Assembly (NCBI GenBank): GCA_016906335.1 | Contig: JADEYG010000005.1 | Location: forward strand, 186,001 to 250,000 | From: Novakomyces olei | Lineage: Eukaryota | Direction of reading: 5' to 3' | DNA length: 64,000 nt | Part shown: positions 28,765 through 42,909 of the stretch, in pieces | How positions within the stretch are numbered: the first letter of the stretch is position 1 | How the letters are laid out: every line of letters starts with the position of its first letter | The notes under the pieces: generated by a model | Databases searched by the model: none | Seen by the model: the letters and a program-made list of their open reading frames with translations, nothing else | Told to the model about the DNA's origin: nothing | Program-made: the position numbers and the translations under genes

Positions 28765-29444
28765 GTTGGAATCGTGGGGGTTGTGTACGGTACTAATATT
28801 TATTTTATTTGGTAAATAATTTATTTATCTGTATACAATTTATCTAATTAATATATTTATTTTTATTTGCAAAAGCGGTCCTTATCGAGCCAGGACGGCA
28901 GAGATGAACAGTTTTGTATCAGCATTTCTCTGTTCTTCAAATTTTGTCTTTGCTTTGCCGCATTGCCATACTATCTTTTACTCGACTCTGCTTTAAAGAC
29001 GTACAATAAAATTTGTATAATGTTGTACAACTCTCTTTACTAGACAATCCCACATTTCAAAACCGCCGGAATATTTAAATACCAATTTCAAACTTGCAGT
29101 TGACAAATTTTCCGCCTTTACGACTTGAAATATTAATATCTCAATACTTTCTCGTTTTTGCAAGATCGATCTTGTAGGGAGAAATCTAGTTTGTTCCTAT
29201 CAATGTGGGATGCCCACTCAATATAAGACAGGCTGTATTTATTGCTATTCTCATAATTTTCCTATATCGTCATAGCGTGAATGTCAGTATGTGTAAAATC
29301 CCCCTTATTCGGTCTGAACCTGATACATAAGTAGCCGAAATAGCGCTTAAACATGCGGTGAATGCACTGTTTCACTAGTGAGTCTCAACACTTGCAGAAC
29401 AACCAAAACTGACAGAGTACATTGTGCAATTCGCAAAACTATAC

Positions 29445-29928
<484 letters not shown>

Positions 29929-30151
29929 CATCATCAATTATTATGATCAAATTATTATGATCTTTTTCAAAGGCATAACTTGTTTGTCCGGCGAATTATA
30001 TTAAGCTTATCATAAACGTCAGGCATTATGTAATCAACATAATCACGTGTAAGTATACGTATAATCTTTTATTTATTCGCCTATATTATTTACGAATGAA
30101 TAAATAACCCGACAGGAGCAAAATAAGGCTGTCGCAATCTGATCGAGAGTG

Positions 30152-31946
30152 ATGCTACCAAAACTACGGCGCGAAGGCCCGACGTCGTACGTCTTTCACA
30201 ATTGGGCAGAGACTTATACGTGCCGCCCGGCTCGTGTACTTTTCCCCGAGTCTGAATCGGAGATTGTAAAGGTGAGCGCACGTCTTTTTAGTCGGTCCTT
30301 TTCCCCTGGAGTATAAGATTTTGATTTGTTTGCCGGTTCATTCTAGATTGTCTTCCACTGGCACTTTTGAACTATTTTCTGACCTGTTTCTCCCAGTGCG
30401 ACAGCTCATAAAGCCCTTGCATGGCTATTATTATCTCCCTTGTGCTACTATCGATCTCTATAATGAATAACTGTTTATTCTAACAAATCGGCAGATTGTC
30501 AATGACGCTCGGAGCAAAGGAAGTACAGTGCGCGCGGTGGGCGCAGGCCACTCTCCGTCCGATATTGTGTGTACAGTGGGCACGTTGGTCTCTTTGGCGC
30601 GTTTGAACAGGATTTTAAACGTGAACAGGCAAGCTTTTCTTGTCGAGTGCGAGGCGGGTATGTACCTGTCACAGCTGCAGTCACAGCTCGATGCGCTCGG
30701 CCTCGCTTTACCAAATCTGGGAAGTATAAGCGAGCAGAGCCTGGCCGGATTATTTGCCACGGGTTCTCACGGGTCGTCTGCCCAGCATGGACTCTTGACA
30801 GAAATGGTTCGTGGCATGACGATCGTTCTTGGCAACGGAGACCGCGTGAACTGCAGCCGGCTGGAGAATCGGGAACTGTTTCAAGCGGCTCTGATTGGAC
30901 TCGGCAGTATCGGCATCGTGACACGCATTACGATCAGTGTCCGAGAGCAGTTTGATATCCGATCGGCGGAGAGGGTAATCTCGTTTGAGTACATGCTGGC
31001 CCACTGGGCCAGTCTGTGGCACTCGGCCGAGTTTGTGCGGATGTGGTACTATCCGTACACAGACAAAGTCGTGCTCTGGCGGGGGGACGCAGTGCCGGCA
31101 GTGCCCGAGGCGAGAACGGCACACACAGTATGGGCTCAAGGATTTGACCGGGCATTGACGGCGGGGTACGAGTTTATGCTCTGGCTGTGCCGGTTCTTGC
31201 CGCAGCTTTTGCCGGTAACGGAAAAGATTTTCTTTTTCCAAAAGTACGGGTTGCAATGCCTACAGCAGACAGAAAGAATCACGGTTGACGAATCGGTAAA
31301 GCAGCTAAACATGAACTGTTATTTCTTGCAGTATACGACAGAATGGTCGGTAGGCAGCGAGTCTGCCGGCGAAGCTTTGCAGAGACTGCGTACTTTTATT
31401 CAACAGAGGGGTCAGTGTACGGAGGAAATTGGGGAAGAAAAGGCACACGCACATTCAGGACCGAAATTGCGGTCGGAACCTGTCTATACGCATTCGCCGA
31501 TCGAGATCCGTATCGTTAGACGCACCCAATCAGAGTACTTGGCCTGGCTTGACCCTAGTCGGGAGCACGATTATATTGTCTACATTGGACTGGTCATGTA
31601 TAAACCCTATAACAAACCCGTAAAGTACCATCGAATATTCACAGAGTTTGAACGCATCATGGTGTCCCTTGAAGGCCGGCCTCACTGGGCAAAGGCACAC
31701 GGGTTACCGCGCTCTGCGTTGCTGCAGCTTTACCCTCGCTTGAGCGATTGGACGGATCTCCGTGATAAACTGGATCCTGATGGTGTGTTTATAAGCAACA
31801 ATATAAGGAACCATTTCTATCCGCTGGACGAGGGCAACGTGGGGGATTTGGCAAATAAAGAAGAAGGGGCACGATTGGGGTTCCATCGGGGCTCACGGGG
31901 ACGATTGTACAAGGCGAGGGAGCCGTACTTTGAGGGCAAAAATTAG
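30152..31946 (+). CDS. ALO1: D-arabinono-1,4-lactone oxidase (intron 30272-30495)
   Basis: FHNWAETY...FPESESEIVK / VRAVGAGHSPSD (covalent FAD His); LPNLGSISEQSLAG; PIEIR; GRPHWAK; LDPDGVF. Confidence 0.93.
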
Positions 31947-32430
31947 ACGTATTTTCTTTCACAGGCCAATGTATTGCATTAAGGTCCATTTTTTGGATTA
32001 TTTAAGAGTAACGCGCTGATTAGAGGCGTTTGTACTTGCCAAAATTTCATGAGGGGAGCCGCCTTTGCAGAATAAATTAAACGTCAAGTCTAGATTTAGA
32101 GGCTGATAAAAATTATTCTAGACTTTTATAGATAATAGAATTATAATAATTGAAAAGCAATTTGGGCTACATTTAAATATTTATTTTCCACCCATAGCTT
32201 CCTTATTCTACACACTCTGTTGTATGCTTGTTTTCGCCCAATTTTTGAATACTTTAAAAGCCTTTTCCTATAATCCAAACATAAGGCAATCTATCGTCTA
32301 ATTATTCTGAAAACGTGTGACAATGCAGTCAATACTTATAAACATTGATATCAAATCTGGAAAAAAATACCCATATCTTTCTTCCTTTTAATTTTAATTT
32401 TTCCTGTCCTTTTCCCGCGTACTGTTCCGA

Positions 32431-33852
32431 TTAATCGCGATTGATTTGCGATTTTAATGAAGACTTAACCGCCAAACATTTCTCCTTCAAAACTTGTATG
32501 CTTTTCAAGAAAAGCTCTTCTGGTGGAGTTACACCAACAGATTCTATGGAAAACATGTAGTGATCACGCACACGGCCCAATCGCACTTTGTCTTTGAACT
32601 CTGGATGACGCAAACATTCTCTGGATACTGTATCTTTTCGGGGATTGGCCACTACAGCTTTAACATCATCGAGCTCCGTGTCATTCTCCAGTTCAATGAC
32701 GCCACGTGGAAAGCATCGAGCAAATTTCCTGGCGTCGTCACCCTTGATTGGTTTAAGGATGTGGATAGCCGGTAAAAGACGGTATGTTGCCGTGGCAACC
32801 GGAGAGAATTTTGCATGGTCATGGCCGACGCCAAGAATGCAGTGCACTGAAAGATCAATTTCCTGGCCTGGCCGAAGTTTGGCGATTAAAATATCAGGAT
32901 TTAACGGCCGAATAGGATCGTCTGCGAAGACAGAGGCCTGGCGGCCTTGTGGCTGCCACTGCAAGTCTCTTGCATATACTGGATATTAGACACCTGGCAA
33001 AGATTAAAATAGAAAATAGATTGAAAGATTGGATGAATTAATAAATAAAATAAAATAAAATAAAATAAAATAAAATAAAATAAAATAAATAAATAAGTAA
33101 ATAAATAAGTAAATAAATAAATAAATATTATACCCTTTGAATTGATATAGAGCTTGTCTGGATCCTCTTCCCTTGGTCCTGCATCACGATTGCGCTCACA
33201 CTTTACTTTGAGAGTCATCACAACAGTATCATAATCAGTGGGCGCAGGTGGTTCATCGCTATCAGATTCTGAAAATCGTTAGAATTTCATCTTGGGTGAA
33301 TAAACAGATAGTCAAACCTAGATCGACTGCACAGCGTGAAAATAAAACAAGATAAAGTTAAACATAAATATCGAGAGAAAGAATTTTAATATAAAAGACA
33401 GAAAGACTTGAGACTGAAGGCATACTAAACAGCCACTGGAACTGGTCAGGGTTCGCTTTAATAGGAATAAGTCCAAGGCGGTGAGCAAGCACTTCGTCCT
33501 GGATCACACTCGTATTGTTCATGATATAAACAGTTTCGATAGCCATCGTCGGTATTTCAGCTATCAAGATTCGCCTAAAAGCATTTCCAATAGAGGCATC
33601 GACGCCAATCAAATCAAACTCGAGATCGTCTCCGTGTTTGCCCCCGATTTGGACATCGAACTTGCGTGAAAAGTCCTCGAGCGACCAAGCACAGTCATCG
33701 TCGGCATTGTACCCAGGAAAATCTGTGCTCGTTACGTCAGTTACACGGTCTTCATTCACTCCAATTTCCCTTCGCTGATCAAAATTAGTAAGCGGTAATC
33801 AATGAGGAAATACCGCTCTCTTTAATTCGTCTGACTCTTTGGCCGACACCAT
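32431..33852 (-). CDS. RPC40: RNA polymerase I/III shared subunit AC40, spliced
   Basis: [76 protein letters not shown]. Confidence 0.96.
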
Positions 33853-33907
33853 TGAAGATTTTAGTCTGTCGATCGAAAACAAAATAATATTTAAATAAAT
33901 TTATTCA

Positions 33908-33984
33908 TTATAATATAATATAGTATAGTATAATATAATATAATATAGTATAGTATAGTATAATATAATATAATATAATATAAT
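33908..33984. repeat. (TATAA/TATAG)n pentamer tract between divergent RPC40 and TMEM184-like starts
   Basis: Read directly. Confidence 0.85.
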
Positions 33985-34068
33985 CCTTATCATCTAGAGA
34001 AAATCTAATCTATAAAGCCAAATCAACAAAGAACCATTGCCCGGCCATGTCTTTCTCTTAGCATCCGC

Positions 34069-36040
34069 ATGGCGGGCTCAGGTTCGGGCGCTCGTCTGCC
34101 GTGGCAGTTATTACTTACGGCTGGTGTGTTTGCATGGACTGCCGCGGCAATTTCCTCTGTTTGCGTCTTTGTGCACCTTAAACATTATGTGCGAGTACAG
34201 CAGCGATACGTGATCCGTATCCTTTTAATGTAAGGCTAAGCTGATATTTGACGGGCAATACTGACAATCTTTTATACGATAGGGTGCCAATTTACGCTGT
34301 TACGTCATGGGTCAGTCTGCTTTCTGTTGCAGTTGCTGCCTGGCTAGATCCTTTAAAAGAGATTTACGAGGTGAGTAGTTGGCATATCTTGCGTTAGTTT
34401 TATTCATGTATGATTCTTCGATATGAATACTTTCAATTTCACATCAGAAATGCAAGCCTTTGAAAAAAATGACGCTATTTAATATTTATTGTTATTGATG
34501 TTATCCGGATTTTCATTCACCATTTCATTCATTCATTCCATTTTTTATTTAATTTAATTTAATTTAATTTAATTTAATTTTATTTTTATTATCATTTGTG
34601 GTAATAGGAGTTCAATTTAAAATGTCGACTCTCAATTTAGTGCTCGAATACGATGTTTAAATTCAATTCTTTAATTCAATTTTACTTTATCAGTTCCACC
34701 GATATGAGATCTGACTGTTTCAGGCGTTTGTGATATACTGCTTCTTCAATTTATTGGTTGACCGGCTCGGCGGTGAGCGGCAGCTTATCATAATGATGCA
34801 CGGTCGCGCTCCTGTAGCTCAGCCGTTCCCAATGTCACACTTCCCCGCTATTGATCTGTCGGATCCGCATCATTTCCTGATGGTTAAAAGAGGCATTTTG
34901 CAGTATGCCTGGCTAAAACCGCTTCTAGTCGTGGCCACGTTTATCATGAATGCGACGGATACGTACCAGCAGGGCTATATAAGCGTAAAAAGCGGATACT
35001 TTTGGAGCGGCTTGGTGTATAATGTTTCCGTAACCATTTCCCTGTATTCATTGGCCCTGTTTTGGATATGCACAGCCCGTGATCTGGAGCAGTTTAGGCC
35101 ATGGCCAAAGTTTTTAGCAATCAAACTAATCATTTTTGCGTCTTACTGGCAAGGTTTCTTTCTGGCTCTGTTGCAATACTTCAATATTATTCACGATGTG
35201 GGCCACTATACCGTATCTAACCTTGCTCGAGCTGTTCAGGACACGCTTATTTGCCTGGAAATGCCACTGTTTGCTATTGGTCACTGGTACGCTTTTCGTG
35301 TAAGTGATTACTATCCAAAATCTGGTAATGTATCGTTTGCACGTATGCCTTTTTCATATGCTTTACGCGACGCATTTGGCTATGGCGATCTCGTAGTGGA
35401 TAATTTATCAGCTGTTCACGGATCTGCCTACAATTATCAGCACTTTGAACCTGGACAGCCAGGATTGCTTCCGCCGGAAGAAAGATCTCGAAGAGCAAGG
35501 CAGCGTGAAGGTCTGCGCTATGAAAACGGAGGTCTCGGAAAGCATTGGATCCCAAAGCCTGTAAATTCTCGAACTGGTTTACTGAGTGGGATGATGCAGC
35601 CAGCTCGACGGTACGTTCAAGTATCAGAGGCCGATGTAGAGCAGATGCGAGGTGCTATTCGTAATCAGTATCATCAAGGAATCGATCCTGAATCAAATGA
35701 GCCGACAGAGCAAGATGAACGTCTGCATTTTACGCCGAGTCCCTCACAGGAAAGATTGTATGATACGGCGAGGCATTTAGAGTTTGGTGACTATAACTAC
35801 CCCGTGATACCCGTGCATGAATCTTATTTATGCAACAACCATAATAATAACTATGCTGAGGATGATCATCATTACCAGACAATGCCTTCATTCGAGTCCA
35901 GCACTAACATTTATCCTTCCAATATCATGAGTGCACGATCACACGAATACGAAGGCTTTCTTTCTCAGCAAAGACGTTCTATTGCGTTGCAAAAGGCCAA
36001 GTTAAAGCAGGATGCTACCGCTGGCCAGTCAAGCAGTTGA
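34069..36040 (+). CDS. OST-alpha/TMEM184 family membrane protein (Hfl1-like), spliced
   Basis: QQRYVIRILLMVPIYA; YEAFVIYCFFNLL; VKRGILQYAWLKP; PWPKFLAIKLIIFASYWQG; QDTLICLEMPLFAIGHWYAF. Confidence 0.88.
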
Positions 36041-36337
36041 GTTTATTGAAAATAGAGCAATACTTCCACACTTGGTCCCAGTATTGACTCGTCTTTATAC
36101 TAGAATTCGTCTTTCTGCATTTTTATCGTATGTTTTTTTTTATTGGGTTGTTGATGTTCATATGTTGTCTGATTTTGCTTTCAGTATATGATGTTTTGAA
36201 TGATGACTAGTTCGAAGCGTAGAGCTGCAAATTTTCACCATTATGCCTGCGGGAAACGGAAGTATCGAGCTCCTTTCCCAGTTATTTACAATGATTTATA
36301 CGTATGCAGGGACACATTTTCTGCGCTGTGAAATATA

Positions 36338-37123
36338 CTACCGTAGGGATAGCGTTCCCTTTTTCTTGTACCGGTTGATTTCTTGTGCGGCGGAAGCGAT
36401 ATCGCTGATATTCGTTTCCAAAACCAATCCGCCAGAAACCACTTCTGCCAGTATGGTGTGAATTTCTTCGAAATGGAATATCTATCAAGTTAGTGGCATC
36501 AGTGGGAATTAAAAATTACACAAGGACACTGAAATAGGAAAGACGACATTTTTGCAAGAGATGTTAAAGCGCACACTAACCATAAATTGTGCAACTGCTC
36601 ATAAATGAGAAAAGAGAATAAAATAAAGAGTAAAAAGCCAGTGACGACGGCCTGGGCTAGAGAAGATGAATCAAATGCGGAAATATAAACAAAAATTTGT
36701 ATGCAACTGTGTACCATATCCAGTTCGGACACATTTTCGAAACATTGATCGAGTGATTCCACAAAAACTTGAATCAAATCGAGAATTCCCAAATCGCTTT
36801 CTGCCTCGTCCACAACAAAAACGAAATAGACTATATAACTTTGAGCGCCTGTATGCAGAAACAAAACCTTACGAGTCGCGTAATGCCTGTAGATTATGCG
36901 CACATCTTTCCCGCCAACGAGAGAGCTTCCCTCCAAGAAATTACAGGCCGAAGCAGGCCGTATTGACACCAGCCGAAATATTTCATCGAGCAAGACTTGC
37001 TGCATTTGCACGTCCTTTAAATTTTAGAATTAGACTTTTAAACAGACCGCTTACCACGGGACTATAAAATTTTGTCAGGCGCGCTTTGCCTTGGTTGTTG
37101 AATACCATTACGGCGTTGATCAT
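36338..37123 (-). CDS. APS3: AP-3 adaptor complex sigma subunit, multi-exon
   Basis: MINAVMVFNNQGKARLTKFY; CNFLEG; IIYRHYAT; FVFVVDEAESDLGILDLIQVFVESLDQCFENVSELD; ILAEVVSGGLVLETNI. Confidence 0.92.
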
Positions 37124-37379
37124 TGTGATGGTTTGATTCGATACGAGTATCGGCTTTCATTAAATAGAGTAGAATTATTTAAATATTAATTCTAATAGTA
37201 AATAAAATAAATAATACAATAAATATATAATAAATATACAATAAATGTACAATAAATATACAATAAATGTACAATAAATAAACAATAATAAATAAACAAT
37301 AAAAAATATAATAAAATAAATAATATACGGGCCAGCTAATTGTAGTCGACAGGTCGTTCGCAATGACATAAGTCACTCG

Positions 37380-40300
37380 ATGCTCGGCACCATACTCTCG
37401 CCGGTGGTATTGGCAGCCGAGACTTTCCGTCCAGCTCGAGGCGATCGCATTGGCTCGGGACACCAGCGGTCTCGGTTACGAGATCGGCTTGTGCTTTTAG
37501 TGAAACCGAATGGCATCGAGTTGTATCGCCTCGATCGCGCGTCTGCTCGAATCGACATTGTGTCTGAACAGTATGTGGCTCAGGGAATCCGGCATGCACA
37601 CTTTCTAGACTTGAGTGGCCGAGCGTTTGCAGAGGGCCGTCTAATGGCTTTGGACGAAGACACTAATGGGCCAATATGGAGCAGCCAGCAGGGAATCAAG
37701 CAAGAATATGGTTCTGCGCCTTTGCCAGTGCAAGACGAGCGTGAATCAAACACTGTATTTTGCATAACGGCCGAGGAAAAAGTTGTTGCTTTCCAGTTTG
37801 ATGCTGAATCCCTACAATTTTACACAATACCCGCAGCTGACACGTTAAATTTGCCAAAGACAATGGCAAATTTGGCGTACAGGACTCGTGCAGGCGATCC
37901 CTGCCTTTTGCTGTTCTCACTAGATCCTCGAGGTTTAATGGCCGTGCTGAAACCCGATGGAACAGTGTACGGCCGATCGCTGATTTACGCACAACTACAC
38001 AATACCCGTATAACAGACGCACAGATTCTTTCTTTTGATCCTTTAGTAATTGCGTTTATTATGGTACAAATGCCGTCTAAGCATGCAATTGGGCTCGTGA
38101 CAGTCAGTAAAGGCCGTCAAGATTCTGATTACGGTGCTTCATCTGCTTTTGCTCCCTCCACACCGATGACTGAAGTTCTGCCGTTGCCCTTTGATATGGC
38201 AACGCCGGTTTTTCTCGTACCCCTTTTGCATTTCTCCAGTATTATACTCGTGGTGACCATTGACGAGATCAGTATCGTAAAATCAAGCGACATTTCCTCG
38301 GGAAATCTCGCGTTTTTGCGCTTTCCTGTATCATTGAACGGCATTCCTGCCGCCTTTTCTCAGTCAAAGTTTAATCCGACCTTACAACAAGAAGAGTTTT
38401 ACGTCGCTACGGATAAAGGGCAACTGCTTCGGTTTACCTGTACTGCTGATTCTGTAGTTTCCACAGAATGTGAGGCAGTTTACCCGGTTGGACCTTTACT
38501 TTCTTGGCTTGCCACCCTTGATGGAAGCGATATTCTTCTTGCTTATGGCGACGGCCGTAATCATGCAGTCTATGCTGTCACGGGGACACAATGTGCTCTG
38601 GTCCAGGAACTGGCCAACTGGGCTCCGATCTATGATTGCCAAATTCTGGAGATGGCCGACAATGAAAGTTTTGTCCTTTCCAGTGGGAGTTCCAATAGTG
38701 GCCACAGTGCAAAGTTTGTGCAGCTTTCGAGAGGATTGCTCTCTTCAAGTCTTCAGATTGGTGCTCAGCTCGTGGGGTAAGATTAGAGAAATAAAAAATA
38801 GTATGAAAATAATGAGAATAAAAAAAATAATAAAAAAATAATAAAAAAATAATTAATTAATTATAAATAAAGAGAAAATAAAATAATAAATAAAAACAAT
38901 TAAAAAAAAAAAATAAATAGACGAAAAAAGGCATTTGAGCTACTAGTATATGTATGCTTACACAAAATTACTCAGATTGCTTATTATTGCAGTGCTACAG
39001 ATACATGGAGCTTTACGTTTAACGACGGATTAATTATAGTCGTGTCGTCTCCCTGGGCGACTCGATTCTATTTGCAAAGAAGCATGGGCGAGATGGAGGA
39101 GATTGAAATTTCCGTACAGGAACCTACAATGACTGTAGCGCTAGTGGAAAACGAAAAGTTGCTGAGGATTGGAACTGCAGTAGAGATGTTGGATTTAGAG
39201 GCATTGACAATGGAACCTTTAAACCTGCCAGAGAATAAAGTATGGGCGACAGTAGGAAATTTTCTGATTTATTACTGTGAAAAAGAGTCGATATTGGCTT
39301 TTCACTCAATCGGGAATTTGCATGATCCCTTTAATCTGGCGGAAAAAGCTCCTGAAATTTCCAGAATTTCAGTGCCAAGGGGAGACGAATTAATACTGCT
39401 GACGGCATCAAAAGATCCACAAAATGTTTATGTCTATTTGGCTTTCCAGTCGGGTTCATTTTACTGTGCTGTCTTTGCGCAAACCCAAATTCTGCAGCTA
39501 ATTGGACCTTTCCAATTAGACGCGCAAGAAGAACAATTGACGCGACCAAACTCTATGCTGGCTATTCAGCGCGACGATGGGCCGCATGTTGTACTTTCGA
39601 CGCTTGATGGAACAATTGTCGATTTATTATTGCAAAAAAGCATGACTTTGAACGCTGAAAATGCCTTTGAACTGATAAAAGTAGGCACTAAAAGTGTTGG
39701 CAGTGTACTGTCCCTGCTGCCGGGAAGCGATGAGTGGAATGATCATTGTTTTGCGTCCATCAACGGCACCTTGAAACGGGTCAATACAGCGAATCTGCAA
39801 CAAAAGTTTGATGACGTATTCATCCCGTCTCCGAGAGGCGAATTTGAAAGCTTTGGATTTAAAGCGTTTTCAATAACAAAAAATTGCAATGCAAAATCAT
39901 TTTTCCAAACAATTGTCTGCTTTCATGACGATGAAATGCTGATTGTGGACACGAGTCTTTTGCCTCATACGTTTGTTCGGGAATTTCCACTGGCAAAATT
40001 GCCCATGCGATTTTGTTTTGATTGGAGTCAGACTAGAAATATCGTGAATAATGCAAATAATCAAAATAAAATTGAAAGTACCCGAGATTCAAGATTCGTT
40101 TTTTGTGGAGACGAATCGCTGTCAGTGTACGATTGGGCTACGAAACGGCGGATTAGTATAGGCGGCCCTGCACAGAAATGGCAGCCAATCTCGTTATGTA
40201 TGGTGGATGACGAGGGCAATTCTTCTAGTCGAGTTCTTTTAGTGGGGTACAAACTCAGAGGACCGAATGCCTCTACCCGGCGACCAAGTTGGGGTGGAAT

Positions 40301-40856
40301 AGCGGCAATTAGATTCGCTCTAGACGCTGATGACGGCGGCAATTCGGCAGTCACGCAGTCTGGAGAGCCGGCAGAGTTTATGGAGCCTGTGCATTACGTC
40401 AAGCAGCTGTCAAGTAACCTTGTTGTTGGTGCTCACGGCTCGAGCGTTGTGTTTTTCACACTTTCAACACGTGAACTACAACTTGTGAATGTGGCGGCTG
40501 TCACATTGATATCGCCTGCGATTGCCGTTGAGCAATTGCACGATGGAATTGTACATGTGTACTGCCAATTTTCAGGCCTCGTAAAATTACGAGTCAGAGT
40601 CGAGAGCAGTAGCGTGATTTTCGTATCTGACACGCCCACCCTTAGCCTTTCATTGGCCGCAGGCTGCGCCCTGCCGGGTGATATAGACCGGCATTTGCTG
40701 GCAGATAAATCGGGGAGACTGCTCATTACCAGTCAGCAGGGCCAAGTACTGGATTGGCGCCAGCATGCGTCAATTACGACAAGACTACGCTGGTCCAGAG
40801 ATGGTAGTTTGTACGGAATGGCAATTGATGGAAGCGTGCAGTTGATAGACATTTAA
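37380..40856 (+). CDS. Mms1/DDB1-family multi-beta-propeller protein (intron ~38778-38975; start approximate)
   Basis: Two long same-strand ORFs joined by an intron; ELANWAPIYD matches the NWAP motif of the MMS1_N/CPSF-A family. Confidence 0.62.
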
Positions 40857-40956
40857 GGGGACTGTAATATATTTATTAAAGTGGTAATATATTTATTAAA
40901 GTGAGTAAAGCAATTATCAAAACAGGCAGTTTGTAAAAATGGTAATAATCAAGAGA

Positions 40957-41003
40957 GGACAGTGGGGGACAGTGGGGGACAGTGGGGGACAGTGGAAACA
41001 GTG
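40957..41003. repeat. 10-bp G-rich tandem repeat (GGACAGTGGG)x~4
   Basis: Read directly, between convergent 3' ends. Confidence 0.85.
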
Positions 41004-41027
41004 AAAAAGAAAAAGCAAAAATAATTA

Positions 41028-42878
41028 TTATACAGCCATATCCATCTTGATAGTGGGATAAGGATCGTACCCCCGCAATTCAAAGTCCGCCATAGTATAA
41101 TCGTCAATCGAATCAATAGCGCGATTGATATGCAGAGTAGGAAACTCGCGCGGCTCGCGTTCCAGCTGTTTACGCAGCGCGTCCACGTGATTCATGTACA
41201 CGTGGCAATCGCCCATAAGAACGATCAAATCGCCCGGAGACCGCCCACACACGTGGGCGATCATACGCAGCAGTAATGCGTATGACGCAATATTAAAAGG
41301 AACGCCCAACCCCATATCACATGATCGCTGGAAGAGGAGACACGACACTTCGCCAGAGTGTGGGGAAACAGAAAACTGACAGAGCACGTGACACGGAGGC
41401 AGTGCCATTTTGTCAAGATCTACAGGGTTCCATGCGGACATTATAATCCGGCGATTGTACGGATCAGTCCGGATCAGTTCAATAACACGTGACAGCTGAT
41501 CGACGCCCTGCCCCGTGTAATCGGCATGGCAATCCCGATAAGCGGCGCCAAAATGACGCCACTGAAACCCGTAAACCGGGCCGAGATCTCCTTCCTCCCG
41601 ATGCACAAGGCCCACGCGATCAAGGAATTCTCGGCTTCCATTCCCGTCCCAGATATGCACGTTTCGGGCAGCCAAGTTCCGAGCGTCCGTGTCCCCACGC
41701 ACGAACCAGAGCAATTCTTCCGCCAGCCCACGGAAGAATACCCGTTTGGTTGTCAGCAGAGGGAACCGGTTCCCACGCAACGAAAACCTTAATTGCGGGG
41801 GCGCAAATAGCGCTATTGTTCCGGTACCGGTCCGATCGGGCCGAGCCTCTCCTTTCCTCAAGATAAGCGCGACAAGATCGAGGTACTGCGACTCTGCCGA
41901 ACGCGTCTGAGAGGGCAGTGCAATCGTGGATTCTCGTTCTTTTTCCCTGTGATTAGCAGAGTCAGGGGGTTCACTGCTTTGCTTTAGAGGCGTAGCAGAC
42001 GCCTCTAGAGCCTTTCCGGGACTCGTATAGTCGACAGTCGGAGTAGCAGACTTTTCGTCAATTTTTTCTCGTTCTTTTTCCCGTTCTTTTCCGTAAAGTT
42101 CCCCAGTCTTGGCCTCAAGTTTTGCCGCTTCAAGTTTTGCCGCTTCAACGTCCGTCTCTGTCGGCTTCCCCTGCCGGTGCAGCCCCAGCTTCTTCACCAC
42201 GTATCCCACGCAATCCGCCCACTCTGCCATTCCGCCCATGCCGATATCGCGGCAGGCCAGCACCTTTTCTATCGGGTAGATGGTCTCAAAGTAAGGCAGC
42301 ATCGACAGAGTGTCCAGATGCTGCCGTGTGATTGGATGAGACCACATTGCCGTGTTCATTGCCGGCGCGGCAAACAGAGGCCGGCCGGGTGCCCACGCAC
42401 GCACGACGCTGCCCAGCAGGTTGTCACACAGCCCATTTGCTGCGCGGGCTAGCATATCTGCCGAGAGCGGGGCGATAAGAAGCACGTGCGCCCACCTGCG
42501 CAGCTCGATATGCAGCACGGGATCCCCACGCCGACCCTCCCACATCTCCCACTCATCCTTATCGCGCCATACCCGCGTAGCACCGGCCTTTATCAGTTGC
42601 GCGGGATCCACAAAGTGGATCGCGTTCTCGGTCAAAACGACCTGCACCTCCACGCTGGCATAGCGCACGAGTTCCGCCACGATAAGCGGCAGTTTCACGC
42701 TGGCAACCGACCCGGTACCCGCCACGAGCACGTGAGTTTTGCCGTCTTTTACGGCCGCCGTTGACTGCTGCTGTAAGTGCTCGCGTCCAGTCGGCGCGTC
42801 GACTATACGCGCATGAAGACCGCGCGGGTTCACTTCGTGCGCGTACATTTTAGGCGATCCTTCTTCCGCGTGAGCCAT
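41028..42878 (-). CDS. hal3: Fusion of phosphopantothenoylcysteine decarboxylase (Hal3/Cab3) and thymidylate synthase
   Basis: Single intronless ORF. N-half: [47 protein letters not shown]-half: [57 protein letters not shown]-terminus IKMDMAV. Confidence 0.97.
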   Translation of the reverse strand: MAHAEEGSPKMYAHEVNPRGLHARIVDAPTGREHLQQQSTAAVKDGKTHVLVAGTGSVASVKLPLIVAELVRYASVEVQVVLTENAIHFVDPAQLIKAGATRVWRDKDEWEMWEGRRGDPVLHIELRRWAHVLLIAPLSADMLARAANGLCDNLLGSVVRAWAPGRPLFAAPAMNTAMWSHPITRQHLDTLSMLPYFETIYPIEKVLACRDIGMGGMAEWADCVGYVVKKLGLHRQGKPTETDVEAAKLEAAKLEAKTGELYGKEREKEREKIDEKSATPTVDYTSPGKALEASATPLKQSSEPPDSANHREKERESTIALPSQTRSAESQYLDLVALILRKGEARPDRTGTGTIALFAPPQLRFSLRGNRFPLLTTKRVFFRGLAEELLWFVRGDTDARNLAARNVHIWDGNGSREFLDRVGLVHREEGDLGPVYGFQWRHFGAAYRDCHADYTGQGVDQLSRVIELIRTDPYNRRIIMSAWNPVDLDKMALPPCHVLCQFSVSPHSGEVSCLLFQRSCDMGLGVPFNIASYALLLRMIAHVCGRSPGDLIVLMGDCHVYMNHVDALRKQLEREPREFPTLHINRAIDSIDDYTMADFELRGYDPYPTIKMDMAV

Positions 42879-42894
42879 CACGAGTGAGTGTACG

Positions 42895-42909
42895 ACGCGT
42901 TAAACGCGA
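42895..42909. promoter_or_regulatory. Tandem MCB-like elements (ACGCGT, ACGCGA) upstream of the Hal3-TS fusion
   Basis: ACGCGT at 42895-42900 and ACGCGA at 42904-42909; MCB control of thymidylate synthase genes is established in yeasts. Confidence 0.55.

Noticed and set aside
33040-33125. (AAAAT)n tract and hydrophobic ORF tails in RPC40, PXA1 and others
   Set aside because: These are AT-rich intron interiors read through by the ORF caller
41750-41772. CTG codon reassignment
   Set aside because: Conserved leucines in TS FPLLTTK are encoded CTG CTG, consistent with the standard code
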